Made by a program: the position numbers and the translations under genes. DNA of 64,000 nucleotides from Chara braunii (taxonomy: Eukaryota > Plantae > Charophyceae), in assembly GCA_003427395.1 (NCBI GenBank), contig BFEA01000014.1, positions 87,754 to 151,753 of the forward strand, read 5' to 3'. Below the pieces are notes generated by a model, which saw only the letters and a list, made by a program, of their open reading frames with translations, ran no database searches and was not told where the DNA came from. Each line of letters opens with the position of its first letter. Within the stretch, counting starts at the first letter, position 1. Positions 33,902 through 46,160 of this stretch are shown piece by piece.

Positions 33902-36300
33902 AACGGATGGCTAAAGGAAAATGTCCAGGTGATGACGGTCTGCCTGTGGAATATTTTGAAATTGTATGGAATCAGGTAGGCCCGCCGTTGCTGCGTATTT
34001 ATGATAACATCCTACTTGGGGGTTGGCTCACAACGGATATGTCTAGAGGAATCATCTCTTTACTGTATAAAAAAGGGGACACAAATAATATTAGGAATTA
34101 CCGTCCTATCTCTTTACTAAATGTCACCTACAAGATCTTTGCGAAGGCTTTGGCCATTCGGCTGGCTCCACACTTACCTCATCTTGTGGCAACGGACGAA
34201 GGTGCCTTTGTTAAGGGCCGTTCAATTATGAACAACATCATGATGGCGATTGAAGCTTTGGAAATAGTTGGGAGAAAGGATAGGGCGGTGGCCATCATGA
34301 TGTTGGACCTTGAAAAGGCCTATGACAGGGTCAATTGGACCTTTGTCCAACCTACCCTAGAACTGATGAATTTCGGCCCGAACTTCTCTCGCTGGGTCAA
34401 CGTGATGTACTCCCTATCTACACCCGCAGTTTTGATCAACGGGACTCTGTCTGAGGAATTCCCCCTCACTCGTTCTCTGCGCCAAGGTTGCCCTTTGACA
34501 CCGCTGTTGTTTGTGATACAGATGGAAGTGGTACTTAATGCTATTAGGAAACATCCTCAAATCAGAGGTCTCACAATCCGATCGAAGATACAGGCGGTCC
34601 TCAAAGGGNACTATCGTAAAAATCTTGGAAGCAAGTGCTAGGTTCCCATGGAGCCCGGATAAAAAGGAAGGGAAATGCATGTCAAAATTGGCATGGAAAA
34701 AGGTCACAACACCTTTTTCATAAGGTGGGTTGAATATTACAGACCCGGGGGACCATAACCTGACAGTTTTGGCCAAATGGATGATAAAAATCGCTACATT
34801 AGAAGAGGAAAGGGTATGGGTAAGTTTAGCGGAGTACATCTTGCAATATGATTGGGGATTATCTAGAGAGGAAGATGTATGGGTGTGTATGCAGATGTCC
34901 TTTTTCTTGCGGCGGGGTTCTTCATCCCAAGTTCGGATTAACATCCTAAAAGCTTGGCAGAAACTCAGACCGAGGAATTTGAAGGTAGATTCAAAGAGTG
35001 CGGTGCTGAGGCAAAATCTCTTTGATAACCCGATGATCTTAGATCTACTAGGGGAGCCGTTTCTGGCCACTAATGCGAAAGGGTGTTTTGGTAGGAAGTG
35101 GGTGGAGCGGGGTGTAGTCGACATCAGAGACCTGTGGGACGAGGAAGGTAAACAATGGCGAACATAGAATAACTTACGAGAGAAACTAGGGGGACTGAGG
35201 CATGTTGGACCAAGAGCGGAAGACCTGATTACCGCTATCCCAATCGAATGGAAGGAACTTATGCTGAATGAAGGCTACACTAACTTAGCCTGACACCATC
35301 TGTAGAACTCAGACCGAGAGGCCCAAAGTTATGCACGAGTACTCTCAGATGAAGGAGATATTGTAATCGTAGAGGAATGGGTATTGAAAGTTAACGCAGG
35401 CAACTACATCTGCTACGACGGGACAGTGACACAGAGTCCGGAGGACTTGGGAGCACATGTGAGAGTGGAAATTTCCCCAAAATGGCGTGGGGGTAAACCA
35501 GTAAAGTTGTTATGAAGAGATGCCTCATTGGATCAAATGCGAATAGACCCTCAAAGCTTTTTCTGGGAAACAGTAGATCCTGAGCAGAGGGAGATTATAA
35601 TTGAGGACTACACAGTAAAATTGGGCACATTGCTGCTTAAACCCCCAGCAGAACCAGAAGAGCAAATGTGGAGGAAACTGTTGCAAACTCTGGGTCTGCC
35701 TGAAATTTCTCAGAGAGGTCAGCTGCAAGCTTTGTGGACTCAGCTACAATTTCTTCCATCCAGAAAGCATGCCGGCCTCCTTTGGATGCTCTCGAGAGGG
35801 ATCATTCCTACTGCTACTTGGCTACGAAAACGAGGAATGGAAGTTGACCCTATTTGTGTCCAATGTAATGCGGAGGAAGAATCCACCAGGCATCTGTTCT
35901 TGGATTGTTTGGTCGCTCAACAGATTTGAACATGGTGGAGGGAACACTGAAAAAATATGTCCAACAACGTCTTGGTCTGGAATGAAGACTGGATACTGAC
36001 AGGGCGGCTCCCGTCATATCTGGATGAGGGTATGTAGCCCAGGCGGCAAGGTCCATACTTCTCTGGGCACTATGGCAGGGAAGAAATGCTAAAGTATTCA
36101 AGAAATATGTATAAGCGCCGAAACAGATGCAGGTGGAAATACGACATCAGTTACGTACAGTCGTTTTGGTGGATTGGGCCCAGAGAGTGCAGAAGAAAAA
36201 AACGGATAAGAAAAGATGTCGTTGGTTTTTTAAGACCTGGGGGTTGAGTTTGAAGAATAAAATCGCTACAGTTACAGACCAGGGGAGACTCTCATTGGCG
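33902..36300 (+). pseudogene. LINE ORF2 remnant (reverse transcriptase and C-terminal zf-RVT)
   Basis: Motifs YRPISLLNVTYKIFAK, LDLEKAYDRV, LRQGCPLTPLLF and CVQCNAEEESTRHLFLDC. Contains stops and frameshifts; the YADD segment is missing near the ambiguous base at 34609. Confidence 0.92.
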
Positions 36301-37984
36301 CCTTGACTCTTGCATGGGCTTACAACCTGAACACTCGGTTGATTTCGTTCGCAGTAGGACAACAGAGAGGGGGACCGGCTTGGGACTGGGGGCGGAGTGT
36401 GAACTAGGGAGGATTTTGTAGATGCCTCTGATTACCTCCGGTCCTGAGTAGGATCCTAATTAGGACTTGATAACTCAGGCCACTAACAATTGGTTGGTTA
36501 GTTTGTGTTGTTTGCTTTGTTATTTTCTCCCTCCCTTCTATGGCTCCTTTTGTTTCGGCATAGGATTGGTGTTTTCTCTCTGCTCCAAAGAGGACAGAGA
36601 CCATTATTTGGTTTCTCTTTTACGTTTTGCTGTAGGTTTTGTTGGATTTTGGTTTATAGGTAGGTGTTTTTTCTCTGTTCCATTTGGACAGCGACCTCCT
36701 TTTTTCTTTCGGGTGTTGAGGATTTGTTGTTTTTGTTGTTTCCGGATAATGTGAGGACCCGGCCTCAATAATTTTTTCACGAGCAATAAATACATTACCT
36801 TTCTGGAAAAAAAAAAAAAAAAAAAAAGTTGCGGCACACAAAGAGACTACGGGCCTCGTTGCATGACTCTCCACATGCACAAAAGACAAAGAATATGGTG
36901 GCGTATATTGCCAAGTTTTAGCAGAAGATTCATTCTCGTTTTGCACATTTGGAGAGTAGTGCAGCGAGACCCTACGTGGTGGCGCAATGTCATCTCAGCC
37001 CGAAAATTCCGTAAAACCGAAACTACGGTAGCCCGGTCCGTGTCCGTGAATGCTACACCCGTTCAGGGCCTCGACGGACTAAGCGCCAGATGTGCAAATC
37101 GAGAGCGTATTTGTCCCTATCACTTGGAAAGATGCACCCTAATAGTTTGTTTGTCTTTTTCACATTTGATTGTGGTAGCCTAGACCCATAAGGTTGATAA
37201 CTCTGAACTAACAGGGTGAGTGTGAAATCACACGTGCACTATTGGCACGAGGGGAAGGGGGCTCGGAAGGGAGGGTCGCCGAACATAGTGCGACGCCGGC
37301 CGAAATCCCGCTATCAGCGACTCCCTGCCCTAATGCTAGTTGGAGATCCTATGGTTGCAGCATCCATGCCATCACGGTCGGATGGTGTTTCTGTGTGCGA
37401 GTAGAGCGTCGACGAAAATAGATCGACGCTAGCTGAAAACCAGACCAGCGCCATCGGCAACTCCCTGCACTTATGCTACATGGGGATCCTATGGTGGCAG
37501 CATCCATGTGATCGCAAACGGTGCTTCTGTATGCAAGTAGCATATGGTTGGGTGTTGACAAAATCCCATCCGACACAACTTCTCATATTTTATCTCTTAT
37601 CACTACTATTTATTTCATGGTTACTGGTGAACCCTCGGAGTTTCTCTAAGTAGTTTCCTTTGGTTGAGACGTTGACCTTATTTATTTGTTGAAGATAAGC
37701 CGATATATCGAAGTCTATCTATTCACTAGTATATAAGAAGAGCGACACAAGTGAAATGGCACAGAACGTTTTCTCGAACGTGAACGAGGTAGAAGGCAGT
37801 TCAGATTTTAAAACGCAAATCTACCAAAATTTGAAGGATTGCTATTTGAATGGCATGTTGCCTACAAATTTAGACTTGAGGGAGGTTAGGTTCGACTCTA
37901 ACCATGCGAGGGTGACATTGAACAATACCATCAAAGAGACGAGTTACCACCATGATGTATGAAGATGACTCTGATGGAGAGAGA

Positions 37985-38360
37985 AGTTTAACAACAGTCG
38001 TATTTTTCATCAGCACTCCAAGACACCCTTTACCACTTCAGGATGCAGTCTGCCTAAACAGATGGTTTTCAGGGTTTTCGGACCTTTCACCACTTCAGGA
38101 CACCCTTCACCACTTCAGGATGCAACCTGCCTAAACAGGTGGTTTTCCGGATCTTCGGACCTTTCACCACTTCAGGACCATTCAGGATTTTCAGACTACC
38201 CAAAACTCTCACTTCACCACTTCAGGATGGAGCCTGCCTAAATAAGTGGTTTTCAGGGTCTTCGGACCTTTCACCACTTCAGGACCATTCGGGATTTTCA
38301 GACTGCCCAAACTCTCACTTCAGAATTTTCATTCCTGAACTTTCAGTTACCTGTTAACCG
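37985..38360. mobile_element. Non-autonomous element with TCACCACTTCAG repeats (related to 55584-56546 and 60718-61818)
   Basis: GTTTAAC...GTTAACC ends and repeated TTTCACCACTTCAGGA units. Confidence 0.55.
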
Positions 38361-39599
38361 CTTATGCTGATTGACTACCTGTCAATTTGAAAAAAACAAT
38401 TGATTCGTGTGTATGAGAATGTATGGTTCAAACTAGTATCGCCACTTTTTTCGTCCACAAGAGGGGTTGTTTCCATCACGAGGCAAAACTTTTACATCAT
38501 ACGCCAAAATTTCAAGTTCAAAAATGCTCATGGATTGGTTAAAAACAACTGGACAGGACAGGGTAACACTTGGAGATAAGAAGAAAAAAAAGTTCAATTT
38601 AAGGGTTATATTACACCAAGTGAGTTAAGGAATGCATGAGTTTTTTTTTTTATCAGATGTTTGGATGTCTCAACCCCTGCATTTTTTTCCGCTGCAGTGC
38701 ACAGTCGAAAAGTCAATGGGGAAAGTTTTCAATGTCCACCCATTCATGGCTTAAGCCATCTGAGGCGCACTTTGTCAATGTTCATTTAACCTCAAATTAG
38801 TCGCAAGGTTCTCTTACTGTAGGACTTTAACTGTGGTGCTTTCTGAGTACGAGAAAGTTGTGGTCAACATGGCATGTACATCTTTTCCTTGGTGTTAGAA
38901 GTGCAAGTGATTCTTTTATACCGCTGATAAATATACACAGTCTGCGCCATGTGGTCCTTGATTGGATGTCGGCGCTGAAGGTCCCCCCCCCCCCCCCTTT
39001 TTTATTTTTCAGGCCCTACCCCCCCGTTGGGAACCGGGCGGGGAAGGACGGAGGGCATAAGAGGTATAGTGGTTCCAGCGGGGACTTTCATTGAGAACTT
39101 CTGGCTCGATGGAACCACCTCCCGTCCAAGGACCACCACCGGTTGGAACCCCCGTTGTGGGAGGCCTATCCGCATTTACAGCTCCCGCATAAGTGGGGTC
39201 GTCGGCCCATAAGTCGGGAAGGACAAAAATAGGAATATGATAAAGCAGTGGGTTAGAGTTGCAATAGTCTATGCAAGCACAGAGGACGAGGTTGTTGCTG
39301 AGATCCAATTTCAGGTAGGATCGTAAACAAAAATAATCATTGAAAGGTGTCAATAGATACACCCGGGAGGAACGACAAAACATCACATAACGAAACAATC
39401 TCTAAAATTGAAAAAAATATATATAATAAAATTACATTTCAAGATTAAATTATCAATTCAATTTTTACAAATAATATTTTTTGACTTTTGAAAAATTTCG
39501 TCTTACTTGAAAACTTTTATTCAAAGAATGGGGTATCCGTTTTAGTTTGAAATGCATGTTAGGGATGGGGGCTCCAATATGTGAAGCATGCGTAATCAA

Positions 39600-40600
39600 A
39601 CTCCCTCAAAGTAAGGTGAGAGAAAGTTTGTCGGCACGTCTACCTTTTGAATCCTCTCCAGCAGTTGAGCAGACGAAAAGTACACAACTGAGTCAGACAT
39701 GACCATCCCACCATTGTCCATCCACCTCAACAACTCTTGGATGAGGGTCATGATCCGATTCACGTACTCCAAGTAATGTTATAACTCCTTGTAACGGATC
39801 TGGAGACGAACCCACTTAGCTTGGACCAGCAATCTGCACTCCCACATGATGCTTGCCTAGACGTCGCCATGGAGCATGGACTCCAACGTGTCGCGTATGT
39901 CAAGGAGACGTGTGAAAATCATAAACACAGTCGCAAATCGGGTCTCCACAATCTCCATAAGTGTCTTGAGTATACTCTTCTTTGTGTAAAGAAAGTGTCA
40001 TGCGATATAATAAATCACACCAACGCTTGCGCATGGAGCTTTATTTGCGTCGCAAAACCTTACAACCTAATGTTGTAGACGTGGGTAGAGAAAGGGAGTC
40101 ATGTGATGCGAAGGAACTCGGAGTCCCTCTCTCTCTCTGTAGGAGATCGACGACCACGATATAACTAGTCATGAAATTCGTGCAGGAAGACACGTCCTAC
40201 GGAGGGAAGGTCATAATAATGGTCTTCTGCCTCCTCAGAACGAAGGGTGTGGTCCTAGATACGGAAGCGTTTCTGTAAGCAAAGGCGAAGAGAATGATGC
40301 ATGTCTCATCGACACCAAGGAAGTTCACAAAAGGCCTATCATCTCGTGACTTCCTACCATCAAGGAAGATGGTAGCACCGTTGTGTGGAAACGGTGCCCC
40401 CACTCCTCTCAACATAGCCACCACTTTTGCCCCCTACAAAGCAATGCCAACCCTCTCTAATCTCCTTGAAACTATGGAACTACACACTGATTGTTGTAGG
40501 CAAGTCCGCTGCCGCTTGCCTCACCTTCCTCCATGGCTGTCTCATTGAGGCATTGAAAGAATACTTGCATTGTAGACCCACGGGAGGAGGGATTCCTCGA
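39600..40600 (-). pseudogene. Degenerate hAT transposase fragment (DUF659-like)
   Basis: GATIFLDGRKSRDDRPFVNFL resembles the 'GCT..SDGW...RPLINFL' motif. VETRFATVFMIFTRLL occurs downstream near 39950-39900. Confidence 0.75.
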
Positions 40601-42287
40601 AGATAATCTGCTTGTTCCCATAATACAGCTCATCCACCCACTTTTATCGTTGTCGGTGAGAAAAACCTTATACGGGTATCCGCCTTGGTTTATGCAAGTG
40701 ACAAAAAATAAGTTTTGACTTGAAATTTGAGTGCATTGTGCGAGTCTCGACTGTATTTTCTCTTATGCTACTAAATGTTTGACTGAAAGGAGAGAGTGTG
40801 TGGGCGCGCAGTTTTCAGGCGCACGTGGTATTTTTTATTGATGTTATAAAGTTTGTGCATCCTCGACCAACTTTCAATTTTTTATTAAACTACGGGCTTA
40901 CGACTAAGTGATGATTTTCGTTGGTCACTACATGTGACCGTGCGCTCATGCGGAGGACAGTTTTGACGACTATGCGGTTTTTGTGTAGTGAACTGAGTGA
41001 GCGGTGGGGTAAGAACACGGAACGAGCTCCACGCAGTAGACGCGGAAGCTTGACGGTCGTGGATTCAAGTGGTAGGTCAAGGTGTGGTCTAGGTATGTGT
41101 TGGTAGGGCCGAGCGTCACACAATACCCACTTATATTGATTTGCCCAGCTACTAATGCAAGCCTTGGGCCTAACACTATTGGTTACAGTGTCGGACTTTC
41201 ATCAAGGAGATTCCACGATTAAGGTCAGCGGGCGACGACAGGGGAACGGTGGATCAGTTTAAAGGAAACCAAGGGGTTAAGGGTTCCGTGAGACTATCCC
41301 CTTTCGTTTTATCGTCGGCCCAAAAAGGAGGGCTAAGAAAGGAAGAAGATAAAAGACTTTGGAAAAAGGGAAGAAGAGAATGAGAAGGGAAAGAGGGAAG
41401 AAAGAGTCAAAGAAGGGAAAAGAAAGTTAAAGAAATAAAACATTTTGTCATACCTGTTATGGATTGCTCTTTCTTATTTTTTTAAATGTTATTATATCGA
41501 TTGTTTTTTCTTATTTTTAAGTGTTGTCATATTGTCGATCTGGTCATAAACATGGTCAGATATATTGAACACGGTTATTATTTGCCCATCACTACAACTG
41601 CAAATAACAAGCACGGTGGTGGCCACGAAAGTCGAGATCCTTTGGGTAAGGTGTGATGCCTCTACCTCTTCCTACTGGACTCATAGTGTGAACTTGGACT
41701 CGAGTCTAGGAGACGGTCAATCAGATAGAACCTCAATTGTCATGCTCCGCTTGGAGCACATTCAGTTATCCTTGAGTAACAAAGAAAGTAAGAGGAAATG
41801 CGACGATGGGAAGAGAGGGAAGAAGAAATAAAAAATAGTAAAGAAGGAAGGCCGAGGGAGGGAGGAAAGGAAATGAAAGGAGAAAAACTTAAGGAAAGGG
41901 ATAATGGTTGAAAAAAATAAGAGATGAAGTGAGTAGGGAGGACAGGGAGGAGTGCTCGCGATCCATTGTCAATGGATAACAAATGTTAACTCAGGTGTCG
42001 CTACGCAAATGTGGTTCTGCCCAATGCTCTGAATGTCAAAGAAACGAGATTCAACCAAGGGCGTTGAGGGTATTGATAACTTTCTCTTAAGGAGACAAAA
42101 TGTTTTATGACTACGGTTTCGATTACTCGTGGTCATCATTTTAAATGAAAATTCATCATCGTTATGATTGTTTTCTCTCCTCGTGACTATCACGATTATG
42201 TGTTTCGGTGATAGAATGTATAACCATCAATCATGACTGTCAAACTTGATTGGTCAATGAAAGTAACAACGTTGTTGTTGACTTTAA

Positions 42288-42453
42288 AACACTAGTACCT
42301 TTGGCGTCCGGTTTCGACAATTACTTGTCAACTTCCGAACTTTCAGGAGGCCGCGCCCGACGTTGATCAATCTGATCAGCGGCCGTCATTTTGTTTCGGC
42401 CTTCTAAAATATTGGAGGTCGAGTATTTTCGAACCGACAAAGGTACTAGTGGT
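42288..42453. mobile_element. TTAA-flanked MITE
   Basis: TTAA|AACACTAGTACCTTTG...TCGA ... TCGAACCGACAAAGGTACTAGTGGT|TTAA. Confidence 0.7.
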
Positions 42454-42689
42454 TTAAGAGACACATATTAAAATTGTTTATAAAATATTTTTATTTTATC
42501 CTCTTTTCTAAATTTCTATGTAAAATCCAACATGATGTCTTATATTTTTTATTGGCATCACAGTGAGGATCATGCACAGTGGCGTGCGGTGTTGACAAGA
42601 TGGAGAAACCGATATGAATAGGAAAACTTTATAAGAGGAAAATCGAAAAAAAACACCAAGAAGGAACTTAGGATGCTAGAGTTTGGGAA

Positions 42690-44500
42690 AAGGTAGTAGG
42701 ATCAAGACTCCATTTTGAGGTGTCCTATCACTTGCATGAATGTGTTTATACAGTACTGAATAAATAATAGGATGCTCCAGTGTAAGTTATCGTATTGTTT
42801 AACCACATGTGTATTGTTCGTAATAATTGTTTGTATGATATCAAACTGGTAGTGGGCGGCTTCAGTAAGGGTTGTCCTATTACTCATTTGACCTTAGTCT
42901 GAATAATTGTGAGGGGTAGTAGAGTACTCAAGTGAGGGTCACCCTACTACTTGTTTGAGGCTAAGATGACTAAGTATTGAAAGAGTGGTGGGGTGCTCCA
43001 GTGTAAGTGACCCTACGACTTGTTTGAACCTGTTTGTTTGTCTCGTATTGAAATGAATGTGGGATGCTCCAATGAGAGTTATCCTACTGAATTGTCGATA
43101 TGTTTGTTGTTGGTAAAAATTGTTTACTCGACATCAAACCGGTAGTAAGAGACTTCAGTGAGGGTCATCCGATTACTTGTTTGATCTTAGTCTGATAAAT
43201 CTTGAAGGGTAGTAAAGTACTCCAATGAGGTTCTCTCTATCACTCATTCGATAGTAGGATGACTAAATATTGAAGAGTGGTGGGGTGCTCCAATGTGAGT
43301 TACCTCACTACTTATCTGAATCAATGGTCTGCCTGACATTGGAAGAGTGTTGGGATACTTCAGTGCAAGTTATCCTACTACTCTTCTGAGTTTGAAGTTA
43401 TCTAAGCTATGTGAACTTCATAATATTGAGCAAGCGAAAATGACTCAGGTACGAGTCATCTTATCGATTGTGTGTGCAAAGATTGTTTGTATATTCATCT
43501 TTATATATATACTTACAACTATATTTTACCAGGTGAACTTGAATGATAAAATAACTCTAGTACGAGTTTATTTTACTAATCGCATACATATCAAACCGAT
43601 AATATGAGACTTTAGCGAGGGTCATCCTATTACTTGGTAGACACTAGACTGAGTAATATTCAAAAGGCAATAAGAGGCTCCAATGAGGGTTATCCTATCA
43701 CTTGTTTGGAATAGCGCAGTATTCGATAGATATTATGGGGCTTCAGGGAGGGTCATCATATTATCATTTTGAATGTAAACAAAACTAGTATTAAATAAGT
43801 AGTATGATAATATGATACTCCAATGAGAGTCATTCTATTTATTTGTTTGAAGTCAGACTGCGCTATCTTCAAGACATAGTAGGTCACTCCAGTGAAGATC
43901 GTCTTATTACTAACTTAAATTATATACTAACCTATGCTAAAATAAAATGTGATGTGGTTTGTTTATTAGACGTTAAAATAATAATGACTTGCTCCAGTGT
44001 GAGTTATCCTACCGTTTTTTTAATGTTGAAGAGTAATGGGGTACTCCAATGTGAGTTATCCTACTACTTGTCTGAAATATATATATTGTTTCGTTTATCG
44101 TTATCCTATTGTTTGTGTGTATGAGAATTGAAAGGTATTGAAAGAGTAGTAGGATACTCCAATGTCAGTAATTTGACTACTTGTTTGAATTGTATGATAT
44201 TGAAAGGGTAATTGGATATTCCAGTGTGAGTTATCTAACTACTTGTTTTAACTCGATTTGCCTGGTATTGAACAAGTAGTCAAACATTCCAATGCGGGTG
44301 AACTTACTACTTGCGTATGCCCAAACTGAAAAGAATCGAGAGAGTGAGAGATAACTATGAATTGTCTTTTTACTTGTATAAAGATAGGTTGATCGGATTC
44401 ATAAAACAATAGAATAGAGACTTCAGTGTGAGTCGTCATACTGCTCGATTAAATCATATTGATTAACAACAATATAGACGAAGGCTTTAGTGAGGGTCTC
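42690..44500 (+). repeat. Hairpin array A (about 24 units, ~67-70 bp period in the core)
   Basis: Unit consensus RGTAGTAGGATACTC-CA(G/A)TGT-GAGTTATCCTACTACT, an imperfect inverted repeat, separated by variable AT-rich spacers. Confidence 0.85.
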
Positions 44501-44939
44501 CATTTAGTCGGATTAGACTATAGTCCTCCGTTATATTAAAAGTGCGTATTACTGAACTTCAGGTGATGTCACATCAATAACAAAGGGGTGTTCAGACCAT
44601 GTTGACATACATGTGATTGAATGTCATCTTAACCTACTTGAAGATGACTCATAATGAGTTTATACACGACCTCATCATGTTGCCTTATGGTAACGCGTCG
44701 ATTTGTCGACTCAACCCTCACTCACCCTCGACACCCACACTTTGTATCGACCTCTGCACTAAAGACATTTTTGATTTTTGGGCCATTGTCTAAAGAGTTT
44801 GTTTTTGATTTAAAACAATGATTGAATGACTAAAGTCAGATGAGACTAAATGACTAAGTCAAAAAAAAAATGTATCACTGAGAGGATTAAAAGTATAATT
44901 TCAATGTGAGTGAAACTAAACAAAATGGTAGACTCTGTT

Positions 44940-45455
44940 TGTAACGAGCGTGAGGCTGAGGGTGAGCCGAGGGAGAGGAGAGAGAGGGAGAGAGTGAGAG
45001 AGTGAGAGCACACACACACACTCACTCACTCGACACGACGGACTCGGACTGAGGATCGGACGCAGACACAGTGGCAAGGCACAAAGTCGAAGTCTTGGAT
45101 TCCCGAATGCCGAAAACAGCAAGTCACACTGAGTACGAGTACAGCAGCAGAGAACTGGTACGAGACTGGTCCCCGTACCTGTCTCTTATACACATCTAGA
45201 TGTGTATAAGAGACAGGCCGGCATAAGTACCGGTGACACGTACGATACCAGGGGCATTTCTGCAAAAGGCCCCGAGGGCAGAACTGAAAAATGCAGTATT
45301 TGAAAGTGGCGCCCGAATTGCAGCATGGCGCCAGTTGTCCGAAATCCTATAGTACCAAAGGAGGGGTTTGGAAAAAGGGTGCCAGACCGAAAACGGGATG
45401 CAACCGAAACAGCAAAAGATAGACCAGGGATCGAGCCCTGGCGGAGTCCGTAACA
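44940..45455. mobile_element. Nested LTR-type insertion (apparent solo LTR, possibly a collapsed longer element)
   Basis: TGTAACG...CGTAACA termini with 5-bp TSD CTGTT at 44935-44939 and 45456-45460. Confidence 0.85.
45179..45216. other. Complete 38-bp Nextera mate-pair junction adapter (artefact)
   Basis: Exact CTGTCTCTTATACACATCTAGATGTGTATAAGAGACAG. Confidence 0.99.
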
Positions 45456-46160
45456 CTGTTAGAATTAATATAATGCGTTTGATTTTTATTGCAGATCATC
45501 AAAACGACCATCCATACGTTATTCACCGTAATACTCGTGTTGAATAACTTATGCTCATATGAGTTTTGACTCAGACACTTCATCGACGTGTAACCTGTGT
45601 ACATGTGGTTTGGATTCTCGACTTTTATCGTTCTTGATGTTAAAATATATTAGGATCATTGACAAAGTTAAGTGCCTCATACAGTTCACATTTCATTGAA
45701 AGGCCACAAACCCATTTTATTTTTTATGTATGATTAAACCAAGAGCCTATGTTCGTTTTTATTCAAAAAATCAAAGATTTGTACATTCTGATGTTTGTTT
45801 TTGTTTGTGTAAAAGTATAAGGACATCTCTTTGCCTTTAAGTCTTAATCCTTGAAATTTATTTCATTATATGTGTATCGATTGGAAAGGGTTTATACAAC
45901 ATGTATAATTTATGGGTCAATACAAATAGATTAAAACGTTATATGCGCAAAGGTTCGTAAGTAAAGTGAATCTGAATTGAAAGTCGGTCCGGGAGTTCCG
46001 CCCCGATGCCCGACACGTGTACGGGTCAATCTTAGACGTTCAACCACTCGTATGCTTGACTTACTTACCTCTTCGATTGCAAGTAAAAACACTTATTATA
46101 TGAGTCAATAACTCGGCAGCCTACCTAAGGGTGGTGACAACCCCTCAGGTACAAGTGAGT

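Larger units (their letters stand above)
25932..36827 (+). mobile_element. 5'-truncated L1/Tx1-like LINE, split by a Harbinger insertion (LINE parts 25932-26087 and about 33902-36827)
   Basis: TSD AAGTTGCGG at 25923-25931 and 36826-36834. AATAAA followed by poly(A) at 36807-36827. The ORF2 peptide LDRPLTLEEITEA...RMAKGKCPGDDGLP is continuous across the Harbinger. Confidence 0.88.

Noticed and set aside
42290-42451. CACTA element (CACTA...TAGTG)
   Set aside because: No 3-bp TSD at those ends; the inverted repeat extends two more bases to flanking TTAA.
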